A program made the position numbers and the translations under genes. Shown piece by piece: positions 18,272-27,906 of a stretch of DNA of 64,000 bases. The first letter of the stretch is position 1, and each line of letters opens with the position of its first letter. The DNA is from Roseibacillus sp. GTDB taxonomy: Bacteria > Verrucomicrobiota > Verrucomicrobiia > Verrucomicrobiales > Akkermansiaceae. The notes below the pieces were generated by a model. That model was not told the origin of the DNA. It saw only the letters and a program-made list of their open reading frames with translations, and made no database searches. The DNA lies in the NCBI GenBank assembly GCA_051251855.1, contig JBPOGI010000002.1, positions 480,001 to 544,000 of the forward strand, in the 5' to 3' direction.

Positions 18272-20623
18272 CTAAGGCATGCTAACGGAGAGTCTCACGA
18301 AGACTTTCTCAAGGGTCGCGGGGACGCTTGAGGTCGTTACGGTGACGGTTTCGTAGCCAGTAGCAGCGGCAACTGGTGTGCCAGGAGTAATTGTGACGGT
18401 GTTGGCTCCATTGGCAACTCCACTGGCGGTCCAATCGCCATCGAGGGTGGTGGACCATTCGTAGGTTGCGGTGATGTCCGAGTCGTCGACAGGACGGTCG
18501 TGGGTAAAGACGATTTCGCCAGCTCCTGCGGCGCTCTCGACGCACAATGGCGAAGTCGAACTGTTGGCTACGGTAGGGTCGCTATTGAAGAAGTAATACT
18601 CTAAGCCATTAGCAATGCCGTCGCTGTCGTCGTCATCGTTAAATCCGCCCGTGAGACGAGCAAAACCTGCGGACCAAGCTGCATAGGGGCCACTGGCAGC
18701 GCCTGCGGTGTAATCGAGAACGACGTCGGTTCCCACCACATTCAAAGCCCAAGTTCCGGTTCCGGAAGTGAAGCCGGAAGAGTCGAGGGTGATTTGGGAC
18801 GGAACGAGGGTAGGGGTGCCACCAATAGTGGCGACGATGAAGCTGGCATTGCTTTCTGTGAAGTTGGCAAGAGCGGCTTCTTCGATGACGATGTTGAGGC
18901 TGCTGGTAGTGTCGAGAGTGACGTCTCCGGTGACTGCCAGTTGCGTGAAGCCTGTTCCTGCAGCACCGGTCCAGTCGGAGACTTCCCAGTTGAAGGTGGT
19001 GTCGCTGCCTGCACCTGCGGTGAAGGAGGCGGCGGTGGTGGCTTCGTCAATGGTGAGGGAGGCGTCGTTGGTGACGTCTCCCACAATGCAGGCTCCTAGC
19101 GAATTACCGATGCGAAGAGTTCCCGCGTTGATGTCTACCGAGCCAGTGATTGCGACGGTTCCAAGACCGATGGCTCCGTCTCCGTTTTTGACAACATCCA
19201 GGTTACCTCGATCATCAGCTACGGTGACTCCAAAGGCGGAACCGAAGTTGAACTCCTCGTCAACTGCGGGGTCATCGGCAATATCAAGAATCACGGTGCC
19301 GGTCTCGGTCGGGATACCAGGGGAAGTCGCGGTATCATAGTTGATGACTTGGCGGATATTGTTCGCTGCTGTGCTGAGACCGGTGAGAGTTTGGGTGAAG
19401 CCGTTGAGCACGAAGAGAGAGCTGCCGCCGCCTCCAATCGTTAAGATGGTGTCGTCAGGAAGGGCTTCATCGATTCCCAAGCCGATGCGTCCACGAAAAA
19501 TTTGGGTATTGCCAGTGTAGTCGTGAGTATCGCTTGTTAAAATAAGGCCATTGGCATCAGCTCCTTGAGCGCGGCCGAGTTGTAAACCGCCGGTTCCGGT
19601 GATCGTGCCTCCGTAGCTACATGGCGCTCCCGACATCACAATAATGCCTACTTTGTCTTCATCAACACCACCATCCAAGGTGATGCCTCGATTGGATTCG
19701 AGGGAGGGAACATTGACGAGCTTCAATTCACCTCCTTCGCGCAGTATGATGTTGTCGGGATCGACGGTGGCAGGGACTGCCCCGAGTGCCGCATCTGCTG
19801 ATAAAATTTGAAGTTCGCTTCGGTTGGTGGAGCTATCGACGATGACGCCTCCCGAGAAGGTGTTGGCGGCATTGTTGAGACGAACAAAAAATCCGTTGTG
19901 GGAGATGACATGGAGGGTTCCGTCGCCGCTGACGATTCCGTTCAAGTTTGAAAAACGATTAAACCGGTTGCCGAATCGAACGATCCCAGCTCCCAGTTCC
20001 CAGTTATTGAAGTATCCTTGGCTTGAATTACGCTCATGGACATAGGTGCTATTACCAGCGAGCTTGACAGTCCCAAATTGACCGATGGTGGCCGCGTTGC
20101 CTCTCACTGTTGTGGCTTCGGTGACATCGAGAGTGGCTCCTGCTGCGATCCAAGGTGCGTCATTGGGCTTCTCACCCGTGTCGAAGACGCCTGCGCCCAC
20201 GATGGTCAAGGTGTCTCCGGTGGCAATGGAAAGAGGAGTGTCGTTGGTTTGATTGTTCACGAACTCGATCTCGGTCCCGCCCGTGTTCCAAGTGGCGCCA
20301 CCGGCCTTGATTGTGATGAGTCCAAGATTGTCGGTGACTGATTGGAGGGAGAGGAGCCCTGCGGTGGAAAGGTCGCCCACGGTGACTCCGCCATCAGCGA
20401 CATCGACAAAGGCTCCAAATGCGTCGGGGAAAATGGCTTCTTGGGCCCCGGTGTTGTCCCAAGCGACCTCGGGAGCGCTGCCGTCGTCGTCCCAGTTGAG
20501 GGAGGTGAGATCCCAGAGGATATCGGCATCTGGGAGCCAAGTGAGTTGGGCGGAGGAAGAAACGGTCACAGCTGCCAAAATGGCACCTGTCTTCAGGAGA
20601 AGAAAAGGACGGGTAATTTTCAT
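18272..20623 (-). CDS. Secreted autotransporter-associated beta-strand repeat protein with C-terminal FVR domain
   Basis: Start MKITRPFLLL; repeats LNNAANTFSGGVIV, LILTSDTHDYTGNTQI, VVKNGDG; C-terminal DDDDSDGIANGLEY...YEWSTTL..W...KVFVRLSV. No beta-barrel is recognisable. Confidence 0.75.
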   Translation of the reverse strand: MKITRPFLLLKTGAILAAVTVSSSAQLTWLPDADILWDLTSLNWDDDGSAPEVAWDNTGAQEAIFPDAFGAFVDVADGGVTVGDLSTAGLLSLQSVTDNLGLITIKAGGATWNTGGTEIEFVNNQTNDTPLSIATGDTLTIVGAGVFDTGEKPNDAPWIAAGATLDVTEATTVRGNAATIGQFGTVKLAGNSTYVHERNSSQGYFNNWELGAGIVRFGNRFNRFSNLNGIVSGDGTLHVISHNGFFVRLNNAANTFSGGVIVDSSTNRSELQILSADAALGAVPATVDPDNIILREGGELKLVNVPSLESNRGITLDGGVDEDKVGIIVMSGAPCSYGGTITGTGGLQLGRAQGADANGLILTSDTHDYTGNTQIFRGRIGLGIDEALPDDTILTIGGGGSSLFVLNGFTQTLTGLSTAANNIRQVINYDTATSPGIPTETGTVILDIADDPAVDEEFNFGSAFGVTVADDRGNLDVVKNGDGAIGLGTVAITGSVDINAGTLRIGNSLGACIVGDVTNDASLTIDEATTAASFTAGAGSDTTFNWEVSDWTGAAGTGFTQLAVTGDVTLDTTSSLNIVIEEAALANFTESNASFIVATIGGTPTLVPSQITLDSSGFTSGTGTWALNVVGTDVVLDYTAGAASGPYAAWSAGFARLTGGFNDDDDSDGIANGLEYYFFNSDPTVANSSTSPLCVESAAGAGEIVFTHDRPVDDSDITATYEWSTTLDGDWTASGVANGANTVTITPGTPVAAATGYETVTVTTSSVPATLEKVFVRLSVSMP

Positions 20624-20785
20624 GGTTTGATTGGTTTGAGAGCTGATTTTGGCTGGAAATCGTTGCGTCCGGACAAACATTCTCAAATGTTCAACCCTAT
20701 TAAAGCACTGTTTCTTTACAGCTGAAAAAGATTCTTTTCCGCCCTTGTTATTTCTCGTCTTCGCCAATGAGGCGATACTCCTACT

Positions 20786-22852
20786 TTAGGGAGTTCTAAC
20801 GACGTTTTCGATTTCTATAATTTTGAGATGTTTGGGGAGTTGGGTGAGCTGCTCTATCGAGAACTGGTCTTTGAATACAATGAGCTCTTCGAGGTTCTCC
20901 AATTCGGCAAGAGGGGTTAAGGTTGCTTTGGGACCTTCTCTAATATCAAGCCGTCTGACGGTGATGCCGTGGAGTTGCTCGTAGTTCCGTAGATTAGGGG
21001 CGCGGAGGGTGAGCTCGTTCAAATCAAGCAATCGAAGAATGCAATGGCTGGGGTAGGCTGAGTTGAGGTGGGGCACTCTCGGGCGATAGAGGGTGAGAAT
21101 CATTCCGCCTGCGATGCTGAGCGAGCGGGTGTCGGCATCAAATACCCATTTGCCCTGAGTCCATCGGGTATTCGCGATGCGGAGAAGACGCTCAATGATG
21201 CGAGCTGTTTGTCGGGGAGACTCTCGCTTGAGACTGTCATAGATGACGATCTTTTCCATAAAGGGGGAGCGATCCTGCTTCGAGGGAGAGTCATCTGGTA
21301 AAACGGCTAACTCGTCGAGCAGGTTGATGAGGTCATCGGGAGATAAAAGCCCATTGGGTTGGAGGAGCGGGGCGTATTTGGAAGCCAAGGCACGGAGGTC
21401 TCCCTGTTCTCCTTCTCGAACCTTGTAGAAGGCTTCCACGTCATGGAATTTTTGCTGTAGGAATAAGGTGTAGCCTTTGACGGTCCAAAGGCGATTGGTC
21501 GGGCGGGGGTCCTCGAGGAGGGCGCGGTCCATCGTGGCCATGGCATTCTCTAAAGCAGTGAGGCTGATAGCTTCGTCCATGATGAGGTTGTCGAGGATCA
21601 GGAGGGTGCCATCCAAGACGCTTTCGCTCTGGCGCTCGATGAGGGCGGAGGAGAACTGCCGTTCGTTTCGAAACTTGGTGAGAGAATCAACGGCTTCGTG
21701 GCGAGCGATATCAGCTTGCGCTTTTTCTTGGCGAGCAATAAGGAGCGCTTCCTTGGACTTTTCCAGGGCAACGGCCTTTTCTTGATAGCTCACCCCCAGT
21801 TTTTGGGTGAACCAAATGGCGAAACCAAACAGGATGAGGAGTGAACCTGCTGAGATGAGCGAAATGACTCGATTGCGTTGATAGAATAAGCGCGCTTCTC
21901 GGATGAGACCTGCTTCCTCGACTTTAGGGCTGCGTCCCATGAGGTGTAATAAGACGTCGTTGAGCAGTTCTTGGGTGCTTTCGTAGCGGTCTTCGGGCAG
22001 GGGTGCACAGGCTTTGCTAATAATGGCGGCAAGGGCAGGGGACTCGGGAGGATTTTTCTCGCGTTTGCTAGGAAAAGAGAGGGTGGTGAGCTCGTAGAGG
22101 AGGCACCCGAGGGAGAAGATATCGTTTTGAACTTTCTTGGGTGCTCGGTGGTGTTCTTGTTCGGGGGCCATGTAGCCGGGAGTCCCTTTGATAGGGGGAT
22201 CAACTTGGCCTCCATAGAGGTCGGGGTCGAGGAGCGCCTCGGAGAGATGTTCTTCGCTGTCCCCTTGAGCGATTTCTCCCATGCCCCAGTCGCAGACTTG
22301 CACTTCCCCGAAGAGACCGATTTGAATGTTTTCGGGTTTGAGGTCGAGGTGCAAGACGTGTCTTGAATGGGCGTAGGAGAGGGCTTCGCAGATTCTTGTG
22401 AAAATGGTCAGCCTTGTGGGGAGAGGGTAATCGCTTCGGCTCTTTTCTTTTTTAAGGGAAGAGAGAATCTTACGGAGGGATTGTCCGCGCTTGAACTCCA
22501 TGGTGAAGTAAGGGCGGTCGACCTCATCGATTCCCATATCAAAGAGCTTGATGATATTGGGGTGGTCAAGTCGTGCCGTAATGTGCGCTTCGCGAAGAAA
22601 GGCATCGTAGCGTTCGTGTCGGAACCCTTCTTTGGGACGGGCAAGGGCGACGGTGCGCTCCATCTGCTGGTCTTGGACGCGGAAGACTTCCTTCATGCCT
22701 CCAATGCCGATAGAATCCCAGCCCGTGTAGCGGACTTTGCTGTCTTTGAGAGATTGGTAGAGGGGGCTGAGGTCAAGAGCGGGCTCCTTGGCAGGGACCT
22801 CTTGGTCGGCGAGGTTATAAAGGTCGCGAAATTGTGAGGATTGTGTGGGCAT
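20786..22852 (-). CDS. Membrane Ser/Thr protein kinase (Hanks type, WNK-like lysine placement) with LRR-like C-terminus
   Basis: GIGGMKEV, VALAR, FLREA, HPNI, HLDLKPENI, DWG, GTPGYMAPEQ, DIFSLG; one TM segment; start overlaps the sigma stop (TGATG). Confidence 0.9.
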   Translation of the reverse strand: MPTQSSQFRDLYNLADQEVPAKEPALDLSPLYQSLKDSKVRYTGWDSIGIGGMKEVFRVQDQQMERTVALARPKEGFRHERYDAFLREAHITARLDHPNIIKLFDMGIDEVDRPYFTMEFKRGQSLRKILSSLKKEKSRSDYPLPTRLTIFTRICEALSYAHSRHVLHLDLKPENIQIGLFGEVQVCDWGMGEIAQGDSEEHLSEALLDPDLYGGQVDPPIKGTPGYMAPEQEHHRAPKKVQNDIFSLGCLLYELTTLSFPSKREKNPPESPALAAIISKACAPLPEDRYESTQELLNDVLLHLMGRSPKVEEAGLIREARLFYQRNRVISLISAGSLLILFGFAIWFTQKLGVSYQEKAVALEKSKEALLIARQEKAQADIARHEAVDSLTKFRNERQFSSALIERQSESVLDGTLLILDNLIMDEAISLTALENAMATMDRALLEDPRPTNRLWTVKGYTLFLQQKFHDVEAFYKVREGEQGDLRALASKYAPLLQPNGLLSPDDLINLLDELAVLPDDSPSKQDRSPFMEKIVIYDSLKRESPRQTARIIERLLRIANTRWTQGKWVFDADTRSLSIAGGMILTLYRPRVPHLNSAYPSHCILRLLDLNELTLRAPNLRNYEQLHGITVRRLDIREGPKATLTPLAELENLEELIVFKDQFSIEQLTQLPKHLKIIEIENVVRTP

Positions 22853-23499
22853 CAGTCGGTGGAGTTCTCCCCAAGTTCCTCGAGGTCTTTCTTTAACTGT
22901 TGGATTTCGCGTAAGAGGACGGTTTTGACTCGGTGCTTGAGAATGTAGACCGTGTTGGTCTTGATGCCGAGGGTTTCGGCGATGTGCTCTACGGTCTGCC
23001 CGTCCAAGGACATTGTGAAAACCTCGATAGCGTGCCCAGAGAAGACGAGGCGGGCTCTGTCCATCGCAAGTTCAACCACGTATTGCTGCCACTCTTCTTC
23101 GACCCTCTTTTCCAGCCCGGAGTCATCGGAAAGCATGTTCGCTTGCTGGGATTGCTCGTCATCAAAACTGGGCCCCGTTGGTTGGCGGTTACGAGAGCGG
23201 ATAATGTTGAGAGCGGTATTGCGAATGAGACGCGCGAACCAAGTTCGGAAGAGGGCGCGCTCGGGGTCACGCTCGTAGGTGTGGAGCCCTCGCCAAAGTT
23301 TGAGGAAGACTTGTTGCTTGGCGTCCTCCAAGTCAGCACCGCGAAAGCTCATGGAGAGAAGGACCTTTGATACGAAGGGCTCATAGTAGCTGAGTAGCTC
23401 CTCCCAAGCGGGGTGGTTCTCGTCTTCGCGTGCACGCTGGAGGAGGCTGACCCGAGTCAGCAGGCCTTCGTTGGCCGATTGTTGGGAAGCTTGAGACAT
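22852..23499 (-). CDS. ECF sigma factor of the kinase-associated PVC type
   Basis: TRVSLLQRAR...AWEELL..Y, DLEDAKQQVFLKLW, FRTWFARLIRN, EEEW, HTH IAETLGIKTNTVY. Confidence 0.9.
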   Translation of the reverse strand: MSQASQQSANEGLLTRVSLLQRAREDENHPAWEELLSYYEPFVSKVLLSMSFRGADLEDAKQQVFLKLWRGLHTYERDPERALFRTWFARLIRNTALNIIRSRNRQPTGPSFDDEQSQQANMLSDDSGLEKRVEEEWQQYVVELAMDRARLVFSGHAIEVFTMSLDGQTVEHIAETLGIKTNTVYILKHRVKTVLLREIQQLKKDLEELGENSTD

Positions 23500-23729
23500 G
23501 GGTTGTGAAAACCACGATACTTGCTAGGGAAGTATTTTGTGGCTTTGCTAATCCATATTCTATGCCGCTCAGGAGGGAGGGAAAGCGAAAAGCTTGGAGC
23601 TCTCTCTAGTGCCGTGAGGTTTCGGAACAGGTTGGTCCCATCATTCTTCAGCTCTTGCCAGATGCGTTTTTCTTGGGATTCAGAAGATGAGGATCCTCAA
23701 GATCTTGTTGAGCGTGGAGTCACCACTTC

Positions 23730-23864
23730 TTAGGGGGAGCGCTCTTCAACCTCCGAGATTACGGAGTCAGGAGTGCTTAAATGTTCCATTTTCTCGTCAG
23801 ACTTGGTGGCAAGCGAAAGCGAACAGAAAAAGCCGCTGATAGCGAAGAGGCTGAAGAATTTCAT
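23730..23864 (-). other. Possible small secreted peptide or gene remnant (44 aa)
   Basis: MKFFSLFAISGFFCSLSLATKSDEKMEHLSTPDSVISEVEERSP*. Signal-peptide-like start, but short and with no family motif. Confidence 0.3.
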
Positions 23865-24061
23865 AGTGGGTGCGTTGTTAAGGCAGAAAAGGGGAGTTTC
23901 GCGGGATGCCTGTTGAAGGTATTCTTGCTGTGTGTGAACTACTCCCCACTTCTATCACCAATTGAGCAGCTCGTGGGCCAGAGTGAGGTGTTTGAACTAT
24001 GAGAAATCTGATGAAACCGAGTGAGTTTCGTGAGCGGATTTCATTTCAGGGATGGGGTGTT

Positions 24062-24391
24062 TTACCCTTCGTCTTTGAGGAGTTCGGCGACCGCTTGTGA
24101 GATGCGGAGGCGATGCATTTTATAAAGTCCGAAGGCAAGAATCGTGATGGCAAGAATCCAAGAGGCAACGTGGTAAGCGGCTCCACTGGGGACCTCACTC
24201 ATTGAGGGTGGCTGCGCTTTGAGTTGGGAAAGTTGTGCTGCGATTCGCAAATTGATCACGGTGATTGTCGCTCCTATGAAGGTCAGGAACGCGAGAGGCC
24301 AAAAAGCTTTGGCACGATGAATTCCGATTAAGATTCCCAAGGGGAGCCCTGCGAGAAGAAGGACTTTGAAGGATAGTTCGAGCAGAGCCAC
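24062..24391 (-). CDS. Small hypothetical membrane protein (about 3 TM)
   Basis: Three hydrophobic segments; starts 6 nt after the upstream stop. Confidence 0.6.
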   Translation of the reverse strand: MALLELSFKVLLLAGLPLGILIGIHRAKAFWPLAFLTFIGATITVINLRIAAQLSQLKAQPPSMSEVPSGAAYHVASWILAITILAFGLYKMHRLRISQAVAELLKDEG

Positions 24392-24397
24392 TGAATA

Positions 24398-24793
24398 CTA
24401 CAGGCGGACAAGTTCGAGGGTCTCGGGGATGCCGCCTTTTTTGATTTCGACTTTAAAGGCATATTTCTGCTCCCGCTCAATATTGACCGTGTTCAAGGTG
24501 TTGGGAACGACCACAAAGATGTGTTGGTCGCTGCCACGATCATCGACGCGGAGATGGACAAACTTGCCGCTGTCTTGAGGCCGGATGGCGTGGACTTGGC
24601 CTTCGACGGAGTAAACGTTGCCTCGCAATGAGTTGGCGTTGTTACGAAAGGCGTCGACGGGGAGAGGGGGAGCGGTGAAGCCGGCGGGCTTTTTATTGAG
24701 AAAAAAGAAGCCTCCACCGAGGAGAATGACCACGGCGGCAATGATACCGATGGTGGTGGCGGGACTTGATTTAGAAGATGCGCGGCGAGCCAT
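24398..24793 (-). CDS. Hypothetical membrane-anchored protein (OB-fold-like)
   Basis: N-terminal TM IGIIAAVVILLGGGFFFL, then a beta-rich domain NANSLRGNVYSVEG...NIEREQKY. Confidence 0.7.
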   Translation of the reverse strand: MARRASSKSSPATTIGIIAAVVILLGGGFFFLNKKPAGFTAPPLPVDAFRNNANSLRGNVYSVEGQVHAIRPQDSGKFVHLRVDDRGSDQHIFVVVPNTLNTVNIEREQKYAFKVEIKKGGIPETLELVRL

Positions 24794-24959
24794 GAGCTGA
24801 GTATGGGGACTGAATGAGAATTAATGAACAGAAATCTTAAGGCGTGTTCGAAAAGCTGATGCTACTGAAGAGGATATTTGGAAGGCTCGGTTCAGACAAT
24901 TGCTCCATCGACCAAAAAAAGAGAGTGACCAATGTAACTACATTAAATATACTTTCGTG

Positions 24960-25667
24960 ATGGGGGAGAAAATTGCCGCTTTTTTGTTTGTCGTTGCGCT
25001 TGCGAAAGTGCAGGCAGCCACATTCGTTTTAGATTCATTTGATTCAGGTTCTTTTTCTTTGTCGGAAAGTGGTCAACATTTCGACAGTGATCGTATTGGA
25101 AGTCCTCTTGGATTCAATCGAGACGTGAGAATTAGAAGTGGGCTGGCAACACCAGGGACTTCCATGATGAGCGTCCTCAATTCCAGCACCGACACCTTGT
25201 CATTGAATTTTAATGGTGAAAGCGAGTCTTCAATTCGACCTTTAGACTTTCGGGTTTCTTATAAGATAGGAGAGCCTTTTAGCCTATTAGGTTCAACGGC
25301 ATTCGAATTGGATTTGAGTGCTTTTTCTGGTGCAGGGTTTCTTGTTGTTGAGCTTGGTGGTGGGGACACTGGTTTCTACGGACCGAATGCAAATCGCATT
25401 GCATTGAATGGCCCGGGAACTCTAACAGTGCCTTTTAGTGAATTGAACTTTTCACCCGGAAGCACGATTGATTCTTTTTCATCGACGCGTTTTGTTTTTG
25501 AAGCAGAGAGCGAACAATTTTCTCTTACCCTCGATGAAATTCGAGTGGTTCCCGAGCCATCGAGCTTTCTATTTCTGAGTCTTGCTGGGCTCTTTGGTGT
25601 CACCAAACGTTTACGTTGTTCATCGTCCTCCGAGAAGAAAGATAGTGAAGCGGCCGCGCCAAACTGA
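24960..25667 (+). CDS. PEP-CTERM sorting domain protein
   Basis: Signal peptide MGEKIAAFLFVVALAKVQA; VVPEPSSFLFLSLAGLFGVTKRLR plus a short extension. Confidence 0.8.
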   Translation: MGEKIAAFLFVVALAKVQAATFVLDSFDSGSFSLSESGQHFDSDRIGSPLGFNRDVRIRSGLATPGTSMMSVLNSSTDTLSLNFNGESESSIRPLDFRVSYKIGEPFSLLGSTAFELDLSAFSGAGFLVVELGGGDTGFYGPNANRIALNGPGTLTVPFSELNFSPGSTIDSFSSTRFVFEAESEQFSLTLDEIRVVPEPSSFLFLSLAGLFGVTKRLRCSSSSEKKDSEAAAPN

Positions 25668-25680
25668 ACCAAATTCATTC

Positions 25681-27396
25681 TTAGTCCCAACGAGGTTTCT
25701 GGAGTCCGATAAGAGCGGCAGCGAGGCCGATGACGAGGTGAGCGATGAGGAGGAATTGGCAGGTGTTGGCTGGAGAGAGGGTGGTCTCGGTGACGGCTTT
25801 GATGGCGTTGAATTTGTCTTGGTCCAAGGAATCGACGGCTCCCGACCAAGCCCAATAGGCGGCAATGAAGGGGCGGGTGAAGGGCTCGATGGCGACTGGG
25901 AGGGCAAGCACAGCGCCGGAGAGAGGGAGCTGGAAGCCGACGAGGTAAATCGATAGTAGGGAGGCTTGCTCGGCGTTCTTGGCCAAAGATGAAATGCCGA
26001 GGCAAACGGCGGTCATGGCGGCATTGACGAGAACGAGGAAGGAGAGGTGAGCCATAAAGTCGCCCTTGAACTCCCAGAAGAGCTCGACGAAAAAGCCCAT
26101 CCAGAGTGATTGGATGAGAACGATAATGCTGAGGAAAATGAGTTTGGAGGCCAAATAGGCGGGAGGGGAGAGGCCGCCGAATTTTTCTTTTTCGAAGATG
26201 TTACGCTCGGAGGCTACTTCGCGGGCGGCGTTGTTAGAGCCCATGAGGCAGAGGAGGACCACTTGGAACATGATGATGCCCGAGTTGGCGGAACCGACCT
26301 TGAGGCGAGACTCGCGAACTTCGGCGCGGTTGATGAGCTCCTCGATTTTGTTTTCCTCCATGCTGTTAGAGAGGCGCTGGGTTTGTTCGTTGGCGCGGGG
26401 GGAGAAGAGGGAGACGAGGAGGGGGAAGCCAATGATGAGGGCGAGTTGGAGAATGATTTGGCCTCGGTCGCGGAAGAAGATTTTGGCGCGGCGGGAGAGC
26501 AAGGTGCTGGTTTGGGTGAAGAAACCGGGAGTTCGGACTTTGGGAGTTTCGTCGGCTTCCTCTTCTTCGCTTTCCTCTTCCTTGGCGGGATCCAAGTGAG
26601 CCAGCATCTTGTTCTCGTATTGCTCGCGATGCTTACTCCAGGAAGACTGCCATTTTTCAGAGGGCTGCTTGGAGAGGGCGGGGTAGATTTCTTCGGTGTC
26701 TTCGACCGAGAAGTAGTGGGTCACTCCGGAGGGCGGGCCGTGATAGGCGACGCGGCCTTCATGCAGCACGAGGAGGGAGTCGTAGAGCTCCAAGTGGGCC
26801 AAGGAATGAGTCACCGAGATGACGGTGCGGTCGTCTTTGCGGGAAAGAGCATGCAGAAGGTGAACGATTTCGCGTTCGGAACGCGGATCGAGTCCGGAGG
26901 TGACTTCGTCACAGAGGAGGAGCTTGGGGGAGGAGACCAGTTCCATGGCGAGGCCGAGTCGTCGCTTTTGTCCGCCAGAAAGAACTTTGACGGGGCGGTC
27001 GGCGATTTCGGAAAGACCGGTTTCGGCAAGAATGCGGTCGAGGCGCTGGTCGAGTTCGCCGGTGGACCGTGAGTTGATGCGCAGGCGAGAGGCGGCTTCA
27101 ACGGATTCGTCGACGGTGAGTTCGTCGTAGGCGACGGAAAATTGGGGGACGTAGCCGATTTCGTGGGCTTCGAAGTCTTGCTCCTCCGCCAAATCGCGTC
27201 CCTGATAGGCTAGGGAGCCGCCGGTCTCGGGGTTGATGCCGGCGATGGTCTTGAGGAGGGTGGTCTTTCCGCAGCCCGATGGTCCCACGATGGCCATGAA
27301 GTGACCGGACGGGATTTTGAGGGAGATTTTGTCGAGCAGGGGATGCTCCTCACCATCTTTGGTGATGTGGAAAGAGAGGTCTGAAAGTTCGAGCAT
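25681..27396 (-). CDS. Fused ABC transporter ATP-binding/permease (NBD-TMD, ABCG-like)
   Basis: Walker A GPSGCGKTT, LSGGQ, LLLCDEVTSGLD, VTH; C-terminal ABC2-type TM domain with AREVASER. Confidence 0.9.
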   Translation of the reverse strand: MLELSDLSFHITKDGEEHPLLDKISLKIPSGHFMAIVGPSGCGKTTLLKTIAGINPETGGSLAYQGRDLAEEQDFEAHEIGYVPQFSVAYDELTVDESVEAASRLRINSRSTGELDQRLDRILAETGLSEIADRPVKVLSGGQKRRLGLAMELVSSPKLLLCDEVTSGLDPRSEREIVHLLHALSRKDDRTVISVTHSLAHLELYDSLLVLHEGRVAYHGPPSGVTHYFSVEDTEEIYPALSKQPSEKWQSSWSKHREQYENKMLAHLDPAKEEESEEEEADETPKVRTPGFFTQTSTLLSRRAKIFFRDRGQIILQLALIIGFPLLVSLFSPRANEQTQRLSNSMEENKIEELINRAEVRESRLKVGSANSGIIMFQVVLLCLMGSNNAAREVASERNIFEKEKFGGLSPPAYLASKLIFLSIIVLIQSLWMGFFVELFWEFKGDFMAHLSFLVLVNAAMTAVCLGISSLAKNAEQASLLSIYLVGFQLPLSGAVLALPVAIEPFTRPFIAAYWAWSGAVDSLDQDKFNAIKAVTETTLSPANTCQFLLIAHLVIGLAAALIGLQKPRWD

Positions 27397-27547
27397 GATG
27401 TCTGTTCTGGAGGAACGATGACTGAGGGAGAGTTCTTTGAGAACAGTTTTTGTTCGCAAAATGGACAATCGCTTACTTTTGCGATTGCGAAGTTATGAAG
27501 GTCCCGAACTACGTGGGATTTGGAGTGACGCTCGTTCTCTTTTTTAA

Positions 27548-27766
27548 GGGCACCTCCGGTAACCTGCGTTTTCACGACGCGAGCATTTTTTCTCAAGGCA
27601 AGGCGCGAATCGGACGTGGATGAACATCCTCGTTCGATAAGCAACGAAGCCTTGAGGAAAAAGGCGAAGCGGCCCAACGGGCGGACCTGCTGAGTCATCC
27701 GGTGCAACCGCAAGTTTTCAACTCAAACTTCAGTCCGCGTGGAAACTCGGGTTGCCGGAGGTGCCC
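27548..27766. mobile_element. MITE of 219 bp with 29-bp TIRs and TTAA flanks (IS5/IS1182-like)
   Basis: Left GGGCACCTCCGGTAACCTGCGTTTTCACG vs right (reverse complement) GGGCACCTCCGGCAACCCGAGTTTCCACG (25/29). TTAA at 27544-27547 and 27767-27770. Inner inverted repeat CTCAAGGC...GCCTTGAG. Confidence 0.8.
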
Positions 27767-27800
27767 TTAAGAATGCGTGATTATTTGGAGGGTCCTTGCC

Positions 27801-27827
27801 GCGTTAGTTTTCTCTCTTGAAGGCAGT
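27801..27827 (+). promoter_or_regulatory. Putative ECF promoter motif, copy D
   Basis: GCGTTAG-TTTTCTC-N8-GCAGT; same spacing as the three minus-strand copies. Confidence 0.55.
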
Positions 27828-27906
27828 CTTAAGTACCGGCCTCATTACTCTCTAGGGTGATGGGGTGAACGACTGAGCGAATAAAGAACCCAAAATTGCA
27901 GCGAAA

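Noticed and set aside
23500..24060. A third UGA read-through gene in the gap upstream of the kinase-linked sigma
   Set aside because: The signal-peptide-like ORF ends in TAA, and downstream frames contain further stops with no recognisable motif.
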